A stretch of DNA of 64,000 nt from Hydrolagus affinis (taxonomy: Eukaryota). The stretch covers positions 1 through 64,000 of the forward strand of contig JAAILG010000778.1 of the NCBI GenBank assembly GCA_012026655.1. The letters run 5' to 3'. Made by a program: the position numbers and the translations under genes. The notes under the pieces were generated by a model. It ran no database searches, had not been told where the DNA came from, and saw only the letters and a list, made by a program, of their open reading frames with translations. Of this stretch, positions 11,521 to 23,165 are shown piece by piece (positions within the stretch are counted from its first letter, which is position 1; every line of letters starts with the position of its first letter).

Positions 11521-13719
11521 ACATCGTACAATTTTGCCTATAGTGTTTATAATTTATATTGTGTTATATAACCAATAAACACATATTCTGTTTCACATTG
11601 ATCAAGTGCAGATTATTACATTGAACTTGCACTCAGACAACTTGGCGATGTTCACTGTTGTGTTTCACACGGAAAGAAATGGCATTTGGAAGGCACACCG
11701 TGAGTTAACTGGTGCCTGTGAAACTGTAACCCCAGAGGAACAAAAAGATGTCAAATACCTTCAAGAGAAATGGTTTAGCCCTTTCTTGCACTCTTAGTCC
11801 CTGGAGTGTCAGTGAGAGCGTTTGCTGGACTTGTGCCAGTCTAGTATATCCCCTTTCTTCCAGGAAACATTGGAAGCTGCTCAAATCTGTTCATTTAGTG
11901 TATTTTAAGCAACTGCACTAAAGAGAAGTAGGAACGAGTATCACTGTTGTGTTGTACTGCCTGGTTTCCTCTCTGCTCAGGCAAAGCCAAGCTCTGCACT
12001 CTCTGTGCCTGCTCTCTTACACAACATGCGAATTGCATACTGCTCAACATATGTAGACCTGAATCAGTGTAACCAAGCATAATGACAGGAGGAAGAGCCA
12101 CTTTGTCAGCAGCTTGCACACTGCCCTTTCTGCCACCAGAGGCACAAGATAATTTCAGTCACTGGATTGGTTATGATATCGCCTGTGCTGTAAAAGGGGA
12201 TCGGGGTGATGGTTAAAATAAAAGATGCCTTTGCCAATCATTCAACCCCTGTGGCTTCAATGAAGCCGCTTCATTGCTTAAAATCCAGTGGAGATGTTCT
12301 CCAAAACGATTTCCTGTGTTTAACTTAAGAATCAAGTTCACTAAACATCACACTACATAGCCATCAGACCACACTGTAATTTTATCGAAGGACAGAACAG
12401 AGATCTACTGTTCAGATTTATCATTGCCCTATGGGCACTTTGAGATTACAGCAGCTGTGCTTTCTGTCTGTGTGCGGTCTGCTAGTGGAATAAAACATCT
12501 CTGAATAATTAGGCGTTTCCATTCTTTTGATGAATATATCTAAGGCTCTACTCGCTTCCAAGATCAACTGTGACTTTACCGACAATCTGTGTTTGTTGGA
12601 TGGGAGTCACACTAGTGATAGGCAGCTGGAGGAGACACCAGTCATGTGATCAAGTTAGAGCCAGTTAATAAGAGCTGTCTGAAGCCAGAAGTAAAATCAC
12701 TGCCTTCTATTCTTCAGATCATCTGTACTGTGTGGAGTTAGCAGTTTTATTCTGTTTGCATTCTGATTTTGCTTTTCCGAGCAGCTGGTGTCATGGGCTG
12801 CATTGACAGCCAGAGGGTTCTGTGCAGTTGATATACATTAATATCCATGTGCTTTACATCTGCCGGTGTACATTCTGGTCACATGTACCAATATGTCCGT
12901 GTTGTTGTGGATTGTGCCGTGGACTTTGTTGGTGCTGTGCGCCAATTTCCGCATGTGTGGTGTGTGCCATGATTCATGTTGGTGATAAATACAAAATGTT
13001 TGTTTGGATGATGGGTGCCAAGGTCCATGTTGGTGGTGTGTGTCACTGTCCATGGAGAAGCACACTGCTGTCCATATTGAGTGGCCGGCGTTAATATCCA
13101 TGCAGTAGAATTAATTGTTGTGGTACAAGTACTGCCTGTTTATGAGTTGATGCTCAATTGATTAATGGGAAATAAAAGACCTCATTATCAGTCGTGTAAA
13201 ACAACGTATTACAACGTATTACAAATAGCAATCAGTTTATACAGCATAATGAAATAATCCATGCAGTCTCTAATAAATATTTAAACATGCTTAAGGACCA
13301 TTAAAGCCTTTTTTGTATCTTGCAAAATCTAAATCCTTTCATTTTTTTCTCCCCAAGATTCATGTTAAAAAAAAGGAGAAAATTTGAAATGAGAATAATA
13401 GCAGGTGAATTGAGTGAAAATTGTTTAAAATAAAATCAGGATTTATTTGGAACATCAGGCGAGGGGAAGATCATGAAAACAAACTAACATAATATTTACA
13501 ACATAACTTGAAACGGCTCCTTCACTCCCCGATCACTAGCACCAAATGCGAATAATTCTGTTGCCAAGTAAAGTACAAGTACCAAAAATGTGTCCCAATT
13601 ACATTGCCGGACAAACAGTGACAATCTGTACACACTCACAGGGTCCAGGGGCCAGCTGTTGGCACTCATTGTGTAAATCAACAGGGGTAATGCAGGGTCC
13701 TGCAAATCTGCAAAGTGTG

Positions 13720-14090
13720 CCTTGCTGCTCAGTGTAACCAGATTGTTCAGCCCCAAATGCAATCCCTGGTCTGTTGAGGTATCTGGTTTTAGTTGGGGTT
13801 TTGCAGTTAATCTCGATACCCTGGGTTGCAACAAAAAAAACATTCGGCAAGGATTCCTGCTCATTCTAACTATCCAGTGACCCCTGCTGATTATGAGTGC
13901 ATGTGGATATTGGATAAGGATGTGATCTGATTGATTGCAGTGCTACATTAAATGACCTGCTGACACTCACTGTCAATATGTCAACATTCCTTTTAAAGAA
14001 TGATCAAGGTGCCAGAAAGAGTCCATGGAACCACGCCCCTTAAAGGGAAATTGAGTCAAAGTGCCTTCAGGAGACGAGAAAGAAAGCAGC
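13720..14090 (+). mobile_element. Ancient AmnSINE2/MamSINE1-like SINE (near full length)
   Basis: atccctggtctg, ggattcctgctc, ctatccagtgacccctgctg (13870-13889), cctgctgacactcactgtc, ccatggaacc and gtgccttcaggag appear in order. Confidence 0.7.
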
Positions 14091-15384
14091 AAAGGGAAAC
14101 AAGATCAGCACAATGCAGACGTGTTTTTTGGGGGATAAATGGGCATCAAATGTACGTGGAAACCCTTGCCGTGTTCAAGTGTATCCAAAATCAGACAGAA
14201 TTGCGTATATTGCCAGCTAAGCATGCAAATTTTCCAATTGTCTTCAATGCAGTACAGTACGCACTCTCCCCCTGGAGGGACACGCTCTGCTTACTAAGTT
14301 CCAGAATGCTTTCAGCACAGGTTAGCAGGAATCAAGGCTTGAGAACTATAGCGTGTGTGTTCAGCGTGCTGCTGGAGTTTAACCAGCTAAAAATTGCAGT
14401 TTGCCATTGCGAGCACTAGCTGGAGAGCCTCGTGCTGCTTGATCAGCTAGAACCACCCTACGTGTTAAAGCTTTGGCTTTGCAGAGTTAAATAAGAGCCA
14501 GGTGGGAAAAGTTCTTGCTCCTAGTGATTGGAATTGCAAATAGGCTACAACAGCACAAATGTTAGACCTGCTTTGCTCAGCATAACTGAGACTCGCACAA
14601 AGGATTTACTCTATTTCATTTCCGCGCACGTCACCTTGGAGCCATCTCAGCCTCAAGGAGACCCTACTTACTGTCCCCCCTCCCCATCCGGGGGAGATAG
14701 TCACCATTGATTCATTAAACATCTGATAATTACAGTTTTAAAACAATTTTAGGTGTACAGCAGGTGCCAGGAACTCATTGCAAGCCTTAACTAGGGGCAC
14801 AACCCAATAAGAAATACTTGAGAGTATTACCAGTGTCCTCTTGCCCACTGCTCAAACACACAGCCCTACCCATTGAGCAGCAGGTTCCACCAGTTGGAAG
14901 TGTGGAGTTTCAGCAGCAGTGACTTACCTCTTTGCATACCAATCAATGCTGGCTTGTGGTGAGCACTTTGAAGGAAAGGAATCAAAGCCAAATCTTTTCA
15001 GGTACTTTATATGCAGCATACAATTAGCTTTTATTTGCTGACGGAAATGCCAGCAGGCATACTCCATGCATACTAATTCTTGGCCATGACCACGTTCTGA
15101 CATTAAGTTTTCTTGTGAGTATGTCCGTGGAGGGTGCAGTCCGGCTGTTTTTTTTCTCTGCCTGTCATTTTCCAAATTCAAAATCTACTCAACGGACTAC
15201 AAATGTTTAACGTGTGTAACAACCACTGCTCTGAGCTACTGACTGCAACTATCGGTAGAAATAGGTGAAGTCAAGTTATCAGATCCATGTTTAGTCATTT
15301 CTGTGGCTTTCCTAGTCATTTTGGGCGACTGATCCAAGTGCTTCGGCTTGAGCGATGAACCAATCTGCCCCTAACTTTAACAAT

Positions 15385-15500
15385 AAAAATCCTTGCATTT
15401 GATTTAGTGTCTTATCACTTCATTGACACGTCACAAAGCGCTTCACAGAATATACTGTAATGTGCAGTAACTGTGTTGTGGACAAAACACAGCTGCTTAT
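15385..15500 (-). mobile_element. SINE 3' fragment
   Basis: atccttgcatttgat...gacacgtcacaaagcgcttcacagaatatactgtaa. Confidence 0.75.
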
Positions 15501-15620
15501 TTTCTACATTTATATTAAAAAAACTTGTTGATGAGCTTCTGAAATGTAGTTCAGTCAACAGAAATGCCTGAAGGAGGAATTGTTCCATATGCCAGCACTA
15601 TCATCCTTGGAGTGAGGACT

Positions 15621-15952
15621 AGTGGAGTCCTGTGGTTCAGTGGTTAGAGCACTTACCTTACAAGCATTAGACCTGTGTTCGAATCTGGGCAGGTCAGGGC
15701 AAAACCTTGGGCAAGTTTCCTTATTCCACAAGCTTAACAATAATCCGTCCCCAAAAAAACACAAGAATAAAATTGATCATTTCAATCCACGGTTGTTTGT
15801 GGGACACTGCTGTGCACAATCCGCTGCCGCGTTTTGCCCACAAATATACAGTCAATTCACTTTACAGTATATTCTGTGAAACTCTTTGAGACATCTAGAA
15901 GATGTGAGAAGTGCTATATTAAATGCAAGGATTATTATTATTAATAATAATA
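15621..15952 (+). mobile_element. Full-length tRNA-derived SINE
   Basis: Head gtggagtcctgtggttcagtggttagagc (A box) and gttcgaatc (B box), then body and L2-like tail ending gcaaggattattattatt. Confidence 0.92.
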
Positions 15953-16244
15953 ATTCACCTTTAATTTTTTTTTGGTAAGTTTGATAGAAACGGAAACTCA
16001 TCACCAACCTTAAGAATATCCAAACCAGATTCCGGGTTCCGGGTTATTTGCCAGTAACATATGGAAACTTCGTCATGTCAGATCTATACTGCTTACCCAA
16101 TTCCGGTGAGTATTATGTATAGACTGAAAAGAGCCAAGGCTTAGGATCTGATGTGTGTGTTGGGGTACAGCTGGAGTTTAACCAGCTAAAACCACAAAAC
16201 TTAATGTGAGTATATCGGCAAAGAAAATATTCTGCAAAGAAAAT

Positions 16245-16345
16245 ATAAAGTAACTTCACTTTACAGTATATTCTATGAAATGTTTCGAGATGTCTCGAAG
16301 ATGTGATAAGGCACTATATCAAATGCAAGGATTATTATTATTATA
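16245..16345 (+). mobile_element. SINE 3' tail
   Basis: ttcactttacagtatattctatgaaa...aaatgcaaggattattatta. Confidence 0.8.
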
Positions 16346-17789
16346 AACTTTAACAAAAAAACAAGGGTGTCATTGAGGGCTGTTACTAACTGCCGTTTGT
16401 TATTTTTTGCAATGTGAAGAGGCCAGGAGTCTGTGGTCCGTTCTTTGTGAATGTTGAGATGGGGTTGAGGGGGAAGAATCTGCCATATTTGCCTGAGTAT
16501 TTAATTGAGGTTCTCAATTAAATTGAGGTCAAATACTTTACACCTGTCTAACATGGTTAGATATTTTGACGTATTGTTATAAACACCCGCTGCCAACAAC
16601 TGTTTCTTTTTTTGGCATTTTTGTAGAAATGACAGATTTTTGTCAAATTGCCTATTTCTCTGGCTGCCACTCTTCAGCCTACTTCATTATGACCCTTTTT
16701 AGTCACTTGATTCAATTTAAATATGTGCATTGTACTGGTAAGAGACCTGAGGTAGGGAGCGTGGTTTGATTTTTTTTCTCCGTTGCATGTAGATTGATCC
16801 TTTGGAAGCTCCCGTCTTGCCCTGCGAGTGTATTTGAACAGCCTTTTGAGGTAGATGTTGACATTTAGCAGTGTAGATCGATTTTTCTTTTGAAATAAAA
16901 TAGCAGATTAGGTTGGGTCAATGTTAATCTGCTATACCAATCTGTAGCAAAGAAAAACATCACATTTGTATCTGGTATTTGCAGAAGAATTGTGCTTTAT
17001 TGGACAGTTTGCTGTAAGCTTTTTCTCTTATTTTACATATACTGTATACTGTAATATATAAAATGTGTGTGTATGTATGTATATGTATATATAATATGTA
17101 TGTGTACATATATATATATTTAAACCAGTGTGAGGGTTCCATATATGCCACTTAAATATGGACATTTCCGTGTCTGGAATGGAATGCACACTCCTCAGAG
17201 GGCCGCCCCCTGCTTACCTAATTCTGATGGGTATTAGGCGCAGGTTGGCAAGAGCACTGTCCAGCAAGCTTCTGCTGCTTGTCCAGTTTGGACCACCCTA
17301 CTTGTTGAGGCTTTGGCTTGCAGTGTTAAAGGGAGCTGAGTGGGAAGAATCTCTGCTCCCAATGACTGGCCAGTTCCTCCAATTCCTACTAATGCGCTAG
17401 GCTGGACGGTCTATCATCAGCAGTGCCTGGAGTACTGAGATCCACCCAGGCTCAGGAACCAAACCAAGGAGACCACCAGAAATGATTGACTGAATTCTGT
17501 CAATCTTTTGACAAAACAATACTGCTCAAGGATAGGTTGGTCCTTGCTGGACAGGTAGCAGGAAACCTGCTAGACAGTGCTTTCAATGCCGAGCCATGGG
17601 ATTGTAGCTGATTAAACTCTCACATGCTATTCAGGCAGAAGAGAACTTCTGTTAATTTATATTAAAGCACAGATTAGATTTCTAGGTTTGCTCCAGTTTA
17701 GTTGCTTGTATAACTGTACAAATTGACTTTAGTGATATTGAGTCAGGGCCACTGACAGTGCAGAATTTGGATTGTGCAAAATCAGCCAC

Positions 17790-17960
17790 CCTATAGAATG
17801 CAGTGTTCAATGCAGTGACAGAGTGTTAGAAGTTTGACTCAGTCATGGAATGTCTTCCAAAATATTCATCCAATACCACAGAGTGTGTTACATACAGAAG
17901 TGTTCGATCCAGTAACAGACTACATTAGATATTACATACAAGAGCATTTAACCCCTTTAA
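17790..17960. repeat. Degenerate tandem repeat (~30-40 bp units)
   Basis: Recurring cagagtgtgtta / catacagaagtgttcgatccagtaacaga-like units. Confidence 0.45.
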
Positions 17961-18153
17961 TATAAGTTGAAAGTTGAAATATAATGTATGAAAGAGTTCT
18001 CCATAGGCATCTCTCTAATCCCACATCAGGAGAGTTTGGGGCCCTCGGGGAGGAGGGAGAGGAATGGAACCCTGGACTCTAAGTGTAATAGGTGTCGACC
18101 ATAAGTGGAGCTTCTCGTCCTTCTCCTAACTGTTCCCATCTTCTTAACCTCAG

Positions 18154-18319
18154 ATGCTGCACAGTAAAACTTCCAGGCACCCGAAACAGTGGTCATCCAG
18201 AGAAGCTGGCAGTGGTCAGGTTGTGGATATGGAAAGCAGTGGGGACTGTGATGACGAGGATGGCTGCACTGGATCTGGGAGTGGTGAATCCGGGGGCAAG
18301 AGTCACAGGAAGAATACAT
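18154..18319 (+). CDS. GPC5: Glypican-5(-like), penultimate coding exon (heparan-sulfate/GAG attachment region)
   Basis: Polypyrimidine tract plus cag acceptor (ttcccatcttcttaacctcag, ending 18153) and gtgagt donor at 18320. The 166 nt translate to MLHSKTSRHPKQWSSREAGSGQVVDMESSGDCDDEDGCTGSGSGESGGKSHRKNT plus 1 nt. SGDCDDEDGCxGSGSGE matches the GPC5 motif as I recall it (GPC3 has GDCGDDEDEC). Ortholog versus gpc5-like paralog is not resolved. Confidence 0.9.
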
Positions 18320-19489
18320 GTGAGTTCTGCCATTGGCCTTTAATTACGTTGCTACCTTGAATAAATGTTAAACGATGACTAGCGAGCGTGGTCTGTGAGG
18401 ACCTTTTTGGAGGACAATTCAATTCCTACGAGTCAATTCAATGAAACTTAATGACAGCTGGAATGTGCAAACCGCAAGTTTCTTGCTGATGTGAGTGAAT
18501 CTTTTCATTACATTTGGACATGGTTAGCCTAGGGTCATTATTAGCCCAACCCTCATTTTAGACTTCACTTGTAGTATTCCTGTGACTGTTGTTGGTGGAT
18601 AATATTTTTTTGCTGAAGCAATGACTATGACAATAAAGAGACTGAATTTTCCAGAGTGCACTTTCACGAGTCAAGATAGGCCTAATTCAGGAAGTATAAA
18701 ATGAGAAATGACCATCCTGATCAGGCCTTTGAAGTCCATTCGTTCCACAGCCTTATAAAATACTACTGTATAATGAACCTTTTCCCAGCCACTTTGTCTC
18801 ATCAAGAGAGATCTGTACACGTCCTGAATACCAAAGGTAATCAACCAAACACCACAAAAAGAATATTCATCCAGCTCTATCTCTCACTATTTTAACCTAC
18901 TCCTCCAAGGACTATTTCTGCCCCAATACTCCGGAACCCGCAAACCACCCCCCCCCCCCACCTCCCCCCATCTCCCACATTCTCCATCTCTCCACATAGC
19001 TAATTGTGTCTGATCAGAAGTTAGTTTATTTGCCAAATACAAGTGCTGATTTGGAATATGATGTAACAGTCCAGTTCAAATAAACGACTTTCTCAAACTC
19101 TTGGGGATTGTGAGTTTGCCGTTGGGAAGCAGGCAAACGGAATGCATGGATCACTGTACAAATTGGATTCTAAATTTAATTATACATGATTGCTGAAGCG
19201 TAGAATCAATTTTTTTTTTTTGCTAAATCAGTTAAATTACATTCCAACATAGAAACCCATATGAGAAAGGAAACACCTTATCTTCCTTGCTTGGTTTCAA
19301 GTTTTCAATAGGGGTTCATGCCCTACCAATATTGAGGCAAACTCTCTGTTGAAGGGAGATTGTGCTCAGTGGAAGGCTACCTCCTTCTGATATTTTAATT
19401 GAAAAGCTGCTGGAATCTACTTGTGTACTGTTTACATTGGATAACTATCTTGGAGTGATTTAATAGTTCCTGGATGGTGTTGCAGTGAA

Positions 19490-19660
19490 ATCAGTGAATT
19501 GAGGGAAATAGTGGTTGGCACACTGAATCCCTTCAGTCCTGGATTCAGATCCAACTAACACTGACTAACACAACCTTTCTTCCAGCTGAGAGGTCCAAAT
19601 ATGTGAAATGAGTTGGATGGGTCTGAAACTCACAATGTGAAGATGATGTGGTGTCTCTGT
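19490..19660 (+). mobile_element. LF-SINE-like relic
   Basis: cctggattcagatccaac (B-box-like) is followed by tatgtgaaatgagttggatgggtct, close to the LF-SINE motif TATGTGAAATGAGTTGGTGGTCT as I recall it. Confidence 0.5.
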
Positions 19661-20244
19661 TATCAGCAAAGCAATTTACACCTTCAGGGTTAATTAACAT
19701 GTGCATTGAAATGAGCAACTAATAATGATTAACACAATGAGGAGGCCCTGGGTGGGCCTGAGCAAACCTGAGCATGATGCTTATCTCAATGGCTGCATCG
19801 CGCATTAGTTTTCTAGTTTGCAGAATATTGTGCGATGTAACAAGTTGAAAGTTAGTGGGAATCAAGCCCAGGTCTCTCAAGAGAGACTACAGTCCTGGGC
19901 TACAGGACTCCACAATAATGTTTGTGGAGGAAGATACAAGATATCAGGGACATTTGTCAAAACAATAATAACTTGCATTTATGTTGCGCCTTTCTTGCTG
20001 TACAATGCCTCTCACAGAAATTCATCACAGGATAGAAGGGGAGGAAAAATACTGTCTGCTTTGTAAGGTCTGATGCAGATGAATACATTTCACTTGCTAA
20101 CTTCATTCTGGATGATAAATGTGGAATCTATGAAGTCCATAACAAACTGCTCCAAGAAGGAATGTTGCCTCAGTTTCTGTGGTTGTGGTCGAGTGAAGTT
20201 GTTTGAAGAATTTCAACTAAACTTGAAGGATTATATATTTTGGA

Positions 20245-20543
20245 ACTCAGTGTTAGAGCATTTGCCTCGCAAGCGAGAGACCTGGATTCAATTCCTAGCC
20301 AGATGAAACGTTGGGCAAGTTTCCTTACTCCACACACCTAATAATAATCCCTCAAAAAAATACAATGATAATTTGGTCACTCAATCGTGGCTGTTTGTGG
20401 GATACTACTGTGTGCAATTGGCTGCTGCGTTTTGCCCACAAGTATACAGTCAATTCACTTTGTAGTATATTCTATGAAGCACTTTGAAATGTCTAGAATA
20501 TGTGAAAAGGGCTATATATCAAATGCAAGGATTATTATTATTA
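20245..20543 (+). mobile_element. Near full-length tRNA-derived SINE
   Basis: ctcagtgttagagcatttgcctcgcaagcgagagacctggattcaattcc head, family body and (ATT)n tail. Confidence 0.9.
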
Positions 20544-20869
20544 ATTGGTATGACAGGGGCTCTTAGTTTATGTTTCCCCTGTGTTTGATACCAAACTAGC
20601 AAGTACTATAGCTTCAATTATACACCTGCAAATGACACATTATGGAGTCATTTGAGATCTCACTGCAAAGATATTTTAAAAGAATCACCGTTTGTTTCAC
20701 AGCCAAAAGCAGGTTACTGATCATGTAGCTCTCGTGGTAGAGACAAAAGATGTTGACTTTTTAAATATATATTCAGCTTGGTATCTGACACATTTAGCAA
20801 CCGATTGCCATGCTTAAGAGAATCCAAACCAGACTGATCATTTCACATATGCAATGTTATTAATGATCA

Positions 20870-21200
20870 TTGCCCTTGAGAAGATAGAATTATCCAGAAT
20901 TCAAGACGTGGAAAAAAATGGAGGGAGTAAAGGTTATTGTTTCTCAAAATAGAATTGAAGTTGAATGGTTGGCAAGGAATTCTGACAAATTGCTCACTAT
21001 GATTAAAAATGTAAAAAACCAAAGGGTGTGAGGTTTAAAAAAAAATGTGGAGGTTGAAAGAATGGAAATGAGACAACTACTTGCACAATAAGTAATAAAT
21101 ACGTGGATAATTTACCAAGGAAGGCCATTAAAGCAAACAAGATAAATGGGGGAGGAGTGAATAGGTTTGAAGAATGTGGTGAGTATGTGGGTAGGTAGAA
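20870..21200 (+). mobile_element. Highly degenerate CR1 3' fragment
   Basis: cacaataagtaataaatacgtggataatttaccaaggaaggccattaaagcaaac parallels the CR1 end at 49810-49880. Confidence 0.4.
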
Positions 21201-21473
21201 GTTGATAAATGTCAAAAGTTTATTTGCTTTTTCCTGTTGGTATGAATCGTTGATGTTGTTGTGAATGGTGCTGAATCTGGTTTGTTTCCAAGTCTGAATT
21301 TTAATTCTAGGGTCTGAAGTGCTTAACTTTAGCATCACTTGAGAGTGACTACCTCGACATTGCCTATCTTGTCAAACATTGCATTTAAAAACATTCTGGG
21401 GCAGCATCCAAAACATGAGAGATGGCAATGCTCACCTCCACAATTAATACTTCTTTCTCCCTAAATCCACATA

Positions 21474-21676
21474 CAGTAAAAGCCCACTTATCCGGCACCC
21501 TTGGGACGTGGCCAATGCTGGTTAAAGCATGTGCCGGATATTCGGCCGAAAACGCAATTTTTAAAAAATGCATTTTTCCAGATAAATTCCGGTTAATCGA
21601 ATACGGACTTTTTTTTGCGGTGCCGATTATATGGAAGTTACGGTTAATTGGGTCACAGATAAACGGGCTTTTACTG
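21474..21676. mobile_element. TcMar/Tigger-type MITE
   Basis: TIRs cagtaaaagcccacttatc ... gataaacgggcttttactg. There is a TA on the left and a CA on the right (likely a mutated TA). The interior is CpG-rich. Confidence 0.85.
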
Positions 21677-22056
21677 CAGTAAAATATTTAAAAGATTACA
21701 TTAAAATAACATTTCCTGCTCCAGTGAATGTTTCCCTTTATAGGTAATAATGTACATTAATGTTCAATAAATAATGACATTTCTTTCATCTCCAAAAAAG
21801 CGCCTCAGCAGAATACTATAATTAAGTAGGTTGAAAATTGTAATGGATAATGAATTCTTTCTGAGTCCCGAGTATTGCCTGGTCTTGCCTCTGATGCACA
21901 TTTAAGTGCATCAGAGGCAAGATGATGTTATTAGTTAGTTATTATTTTTAGTTATTATTTTTGGTTATTATTTTTGGAATGGGGAGCAATTCTGTAGTTT
22001 AATGCATCTATAGTGAGCTACTCAGATAAACAAGCTTGGAAGGTCCAGTTTACATT

Positions 22057-22295
22057 AATAATAATAAATCCTTGCATTTGATATAGCCCTTTTTACATCT
22101 TCTAGACGTCTCAAAGCATTTCATAGAATATACTGTAAAGAGAATTGACTGTATATTTGTAGGCAAAACGCGGCAGCCAATTGCGTACAGTCATGGATTT
22201 TTTTGGAAGGATTATTATTAGGCATGGGGTGTAAGGAAACTTGCCCAAGGTTTCGCCCTGACCTGCCTGGATTCGAACACAGGTCCCACAGGACT
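22057..22295 (-). mobile_element. tRNA-derived SINE with deletions
   Basis: Family tail and body, B box ggattcgaacacaggtc. Part of the head is deleted before caggactc. Confidence 0.85.
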
Positions 22296-22399
22296 CGACA
22301 AATATTTACATTAGTGCCTTGCATGTCAGGAGAGCATCTCAAAGCATGTTATAGATATCTTGTAACGCATGTTGACTGGGTATTTTGCTGGCAAATATT

Positions 22400-22670
22400 T
22401 TGCATTTGATCTGTATTGAGTTGATGTGCCTAGTGAGTGCAACAAGGGGGGAGAGGGGATTGTGCATTGCAGTTAGCCTTATTGTCTGTCCCTTTATCAG
22501 AAAGGTGAGATACCAGGCAAAGATTCCTCTGGCTGTTTGTATGTGTGTGTACATTAGTTTGCTTTGGCCATGAAGCATCCTATGTTTGAATAGCCGGCTG
22601 ACACTCAATATCTAGACTCTCACAAGTAGTGAACTCCTGAAGAGAAGGTTCTGACTTTAACTATCAGAGG
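22400..22670 (+). mobile_element. Ancient AmnSINE2-like SINE
   Basis: ttgatctgtattgagtt, gattcctct and gaatagccggctgacactcaatatctagactc motifs. Confidence 0.55.
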
Positions 22671-23165
22671 TCCCGTTCACTTAACCTTGTCTGAACTCAT
22701 TGAGTTTCATCAGTTGAGCACAAGGATAGAACGCCCTGGGCTAATGTTGCAGTCTATCGTGGTGAAACACAGAGGCAACATGTTCTTAATGACACTGGGG
22801 CCTCTGAATTTTGTCAATCCTGAAACTTATTAAGATATCCTTTGATTTTGTAATGCCCACATTGTGTAAATACTGCTTTTTTCTTATTGTAAGTAAAGTG
22901 AGTAGTTCTTTTGAGGCCGAGTCTTCTGGTGTTTCAGTGTTACCCACTAAGTCAGTTAGCAGTAATGTGGCTAAGTGAATTCCAATATGCAGAATAATCA
23001 TTGTGGGATAATCGGTTAGTCCTCAGGCATGCACTCAGCAGCACCTGAAAAGCATCACCAACAAGTCTCAAGATTACAGGGATTCCTTTTCTTGTATTGT
23101 ATATTGTTTTAAAAAAAATATTATGTCATAATATGCTAGCATGGAAATCTTTTAATATATTTTAT

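Noticed and set aside
12820-13100. Cys-rich 90-aa ORF
   Set aside because: A product of TG-rich low-complexity sequence with no splice or domain support.
15621-15695. tRNA gene
   Set aside because: This is a SINE head with no proper acceptor stem, and it continues into the SINE body. The same applies to the other copies.
16500-16530. Small hairpin ttaattgag-gtt-ctcaattaa
   Set aside because: Short and AT-rich. Likely a local template switch or chance, with no further support.
18028-18153. Possible extra exon or 5' extension upstream of the GAG exon
   Set aside because: In-frame stop codons and no glypican similarity. The strong acceptor is at 18153. The ATG at 18154 is an internal codon, not a start.
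1-18153. Preceding glypican exon (NPEV...IIDKLKH-type)
   Set aside because: Not found by eye or in the ORF track, so it is probably upstream of the window. A tBLASTn search would settle this.
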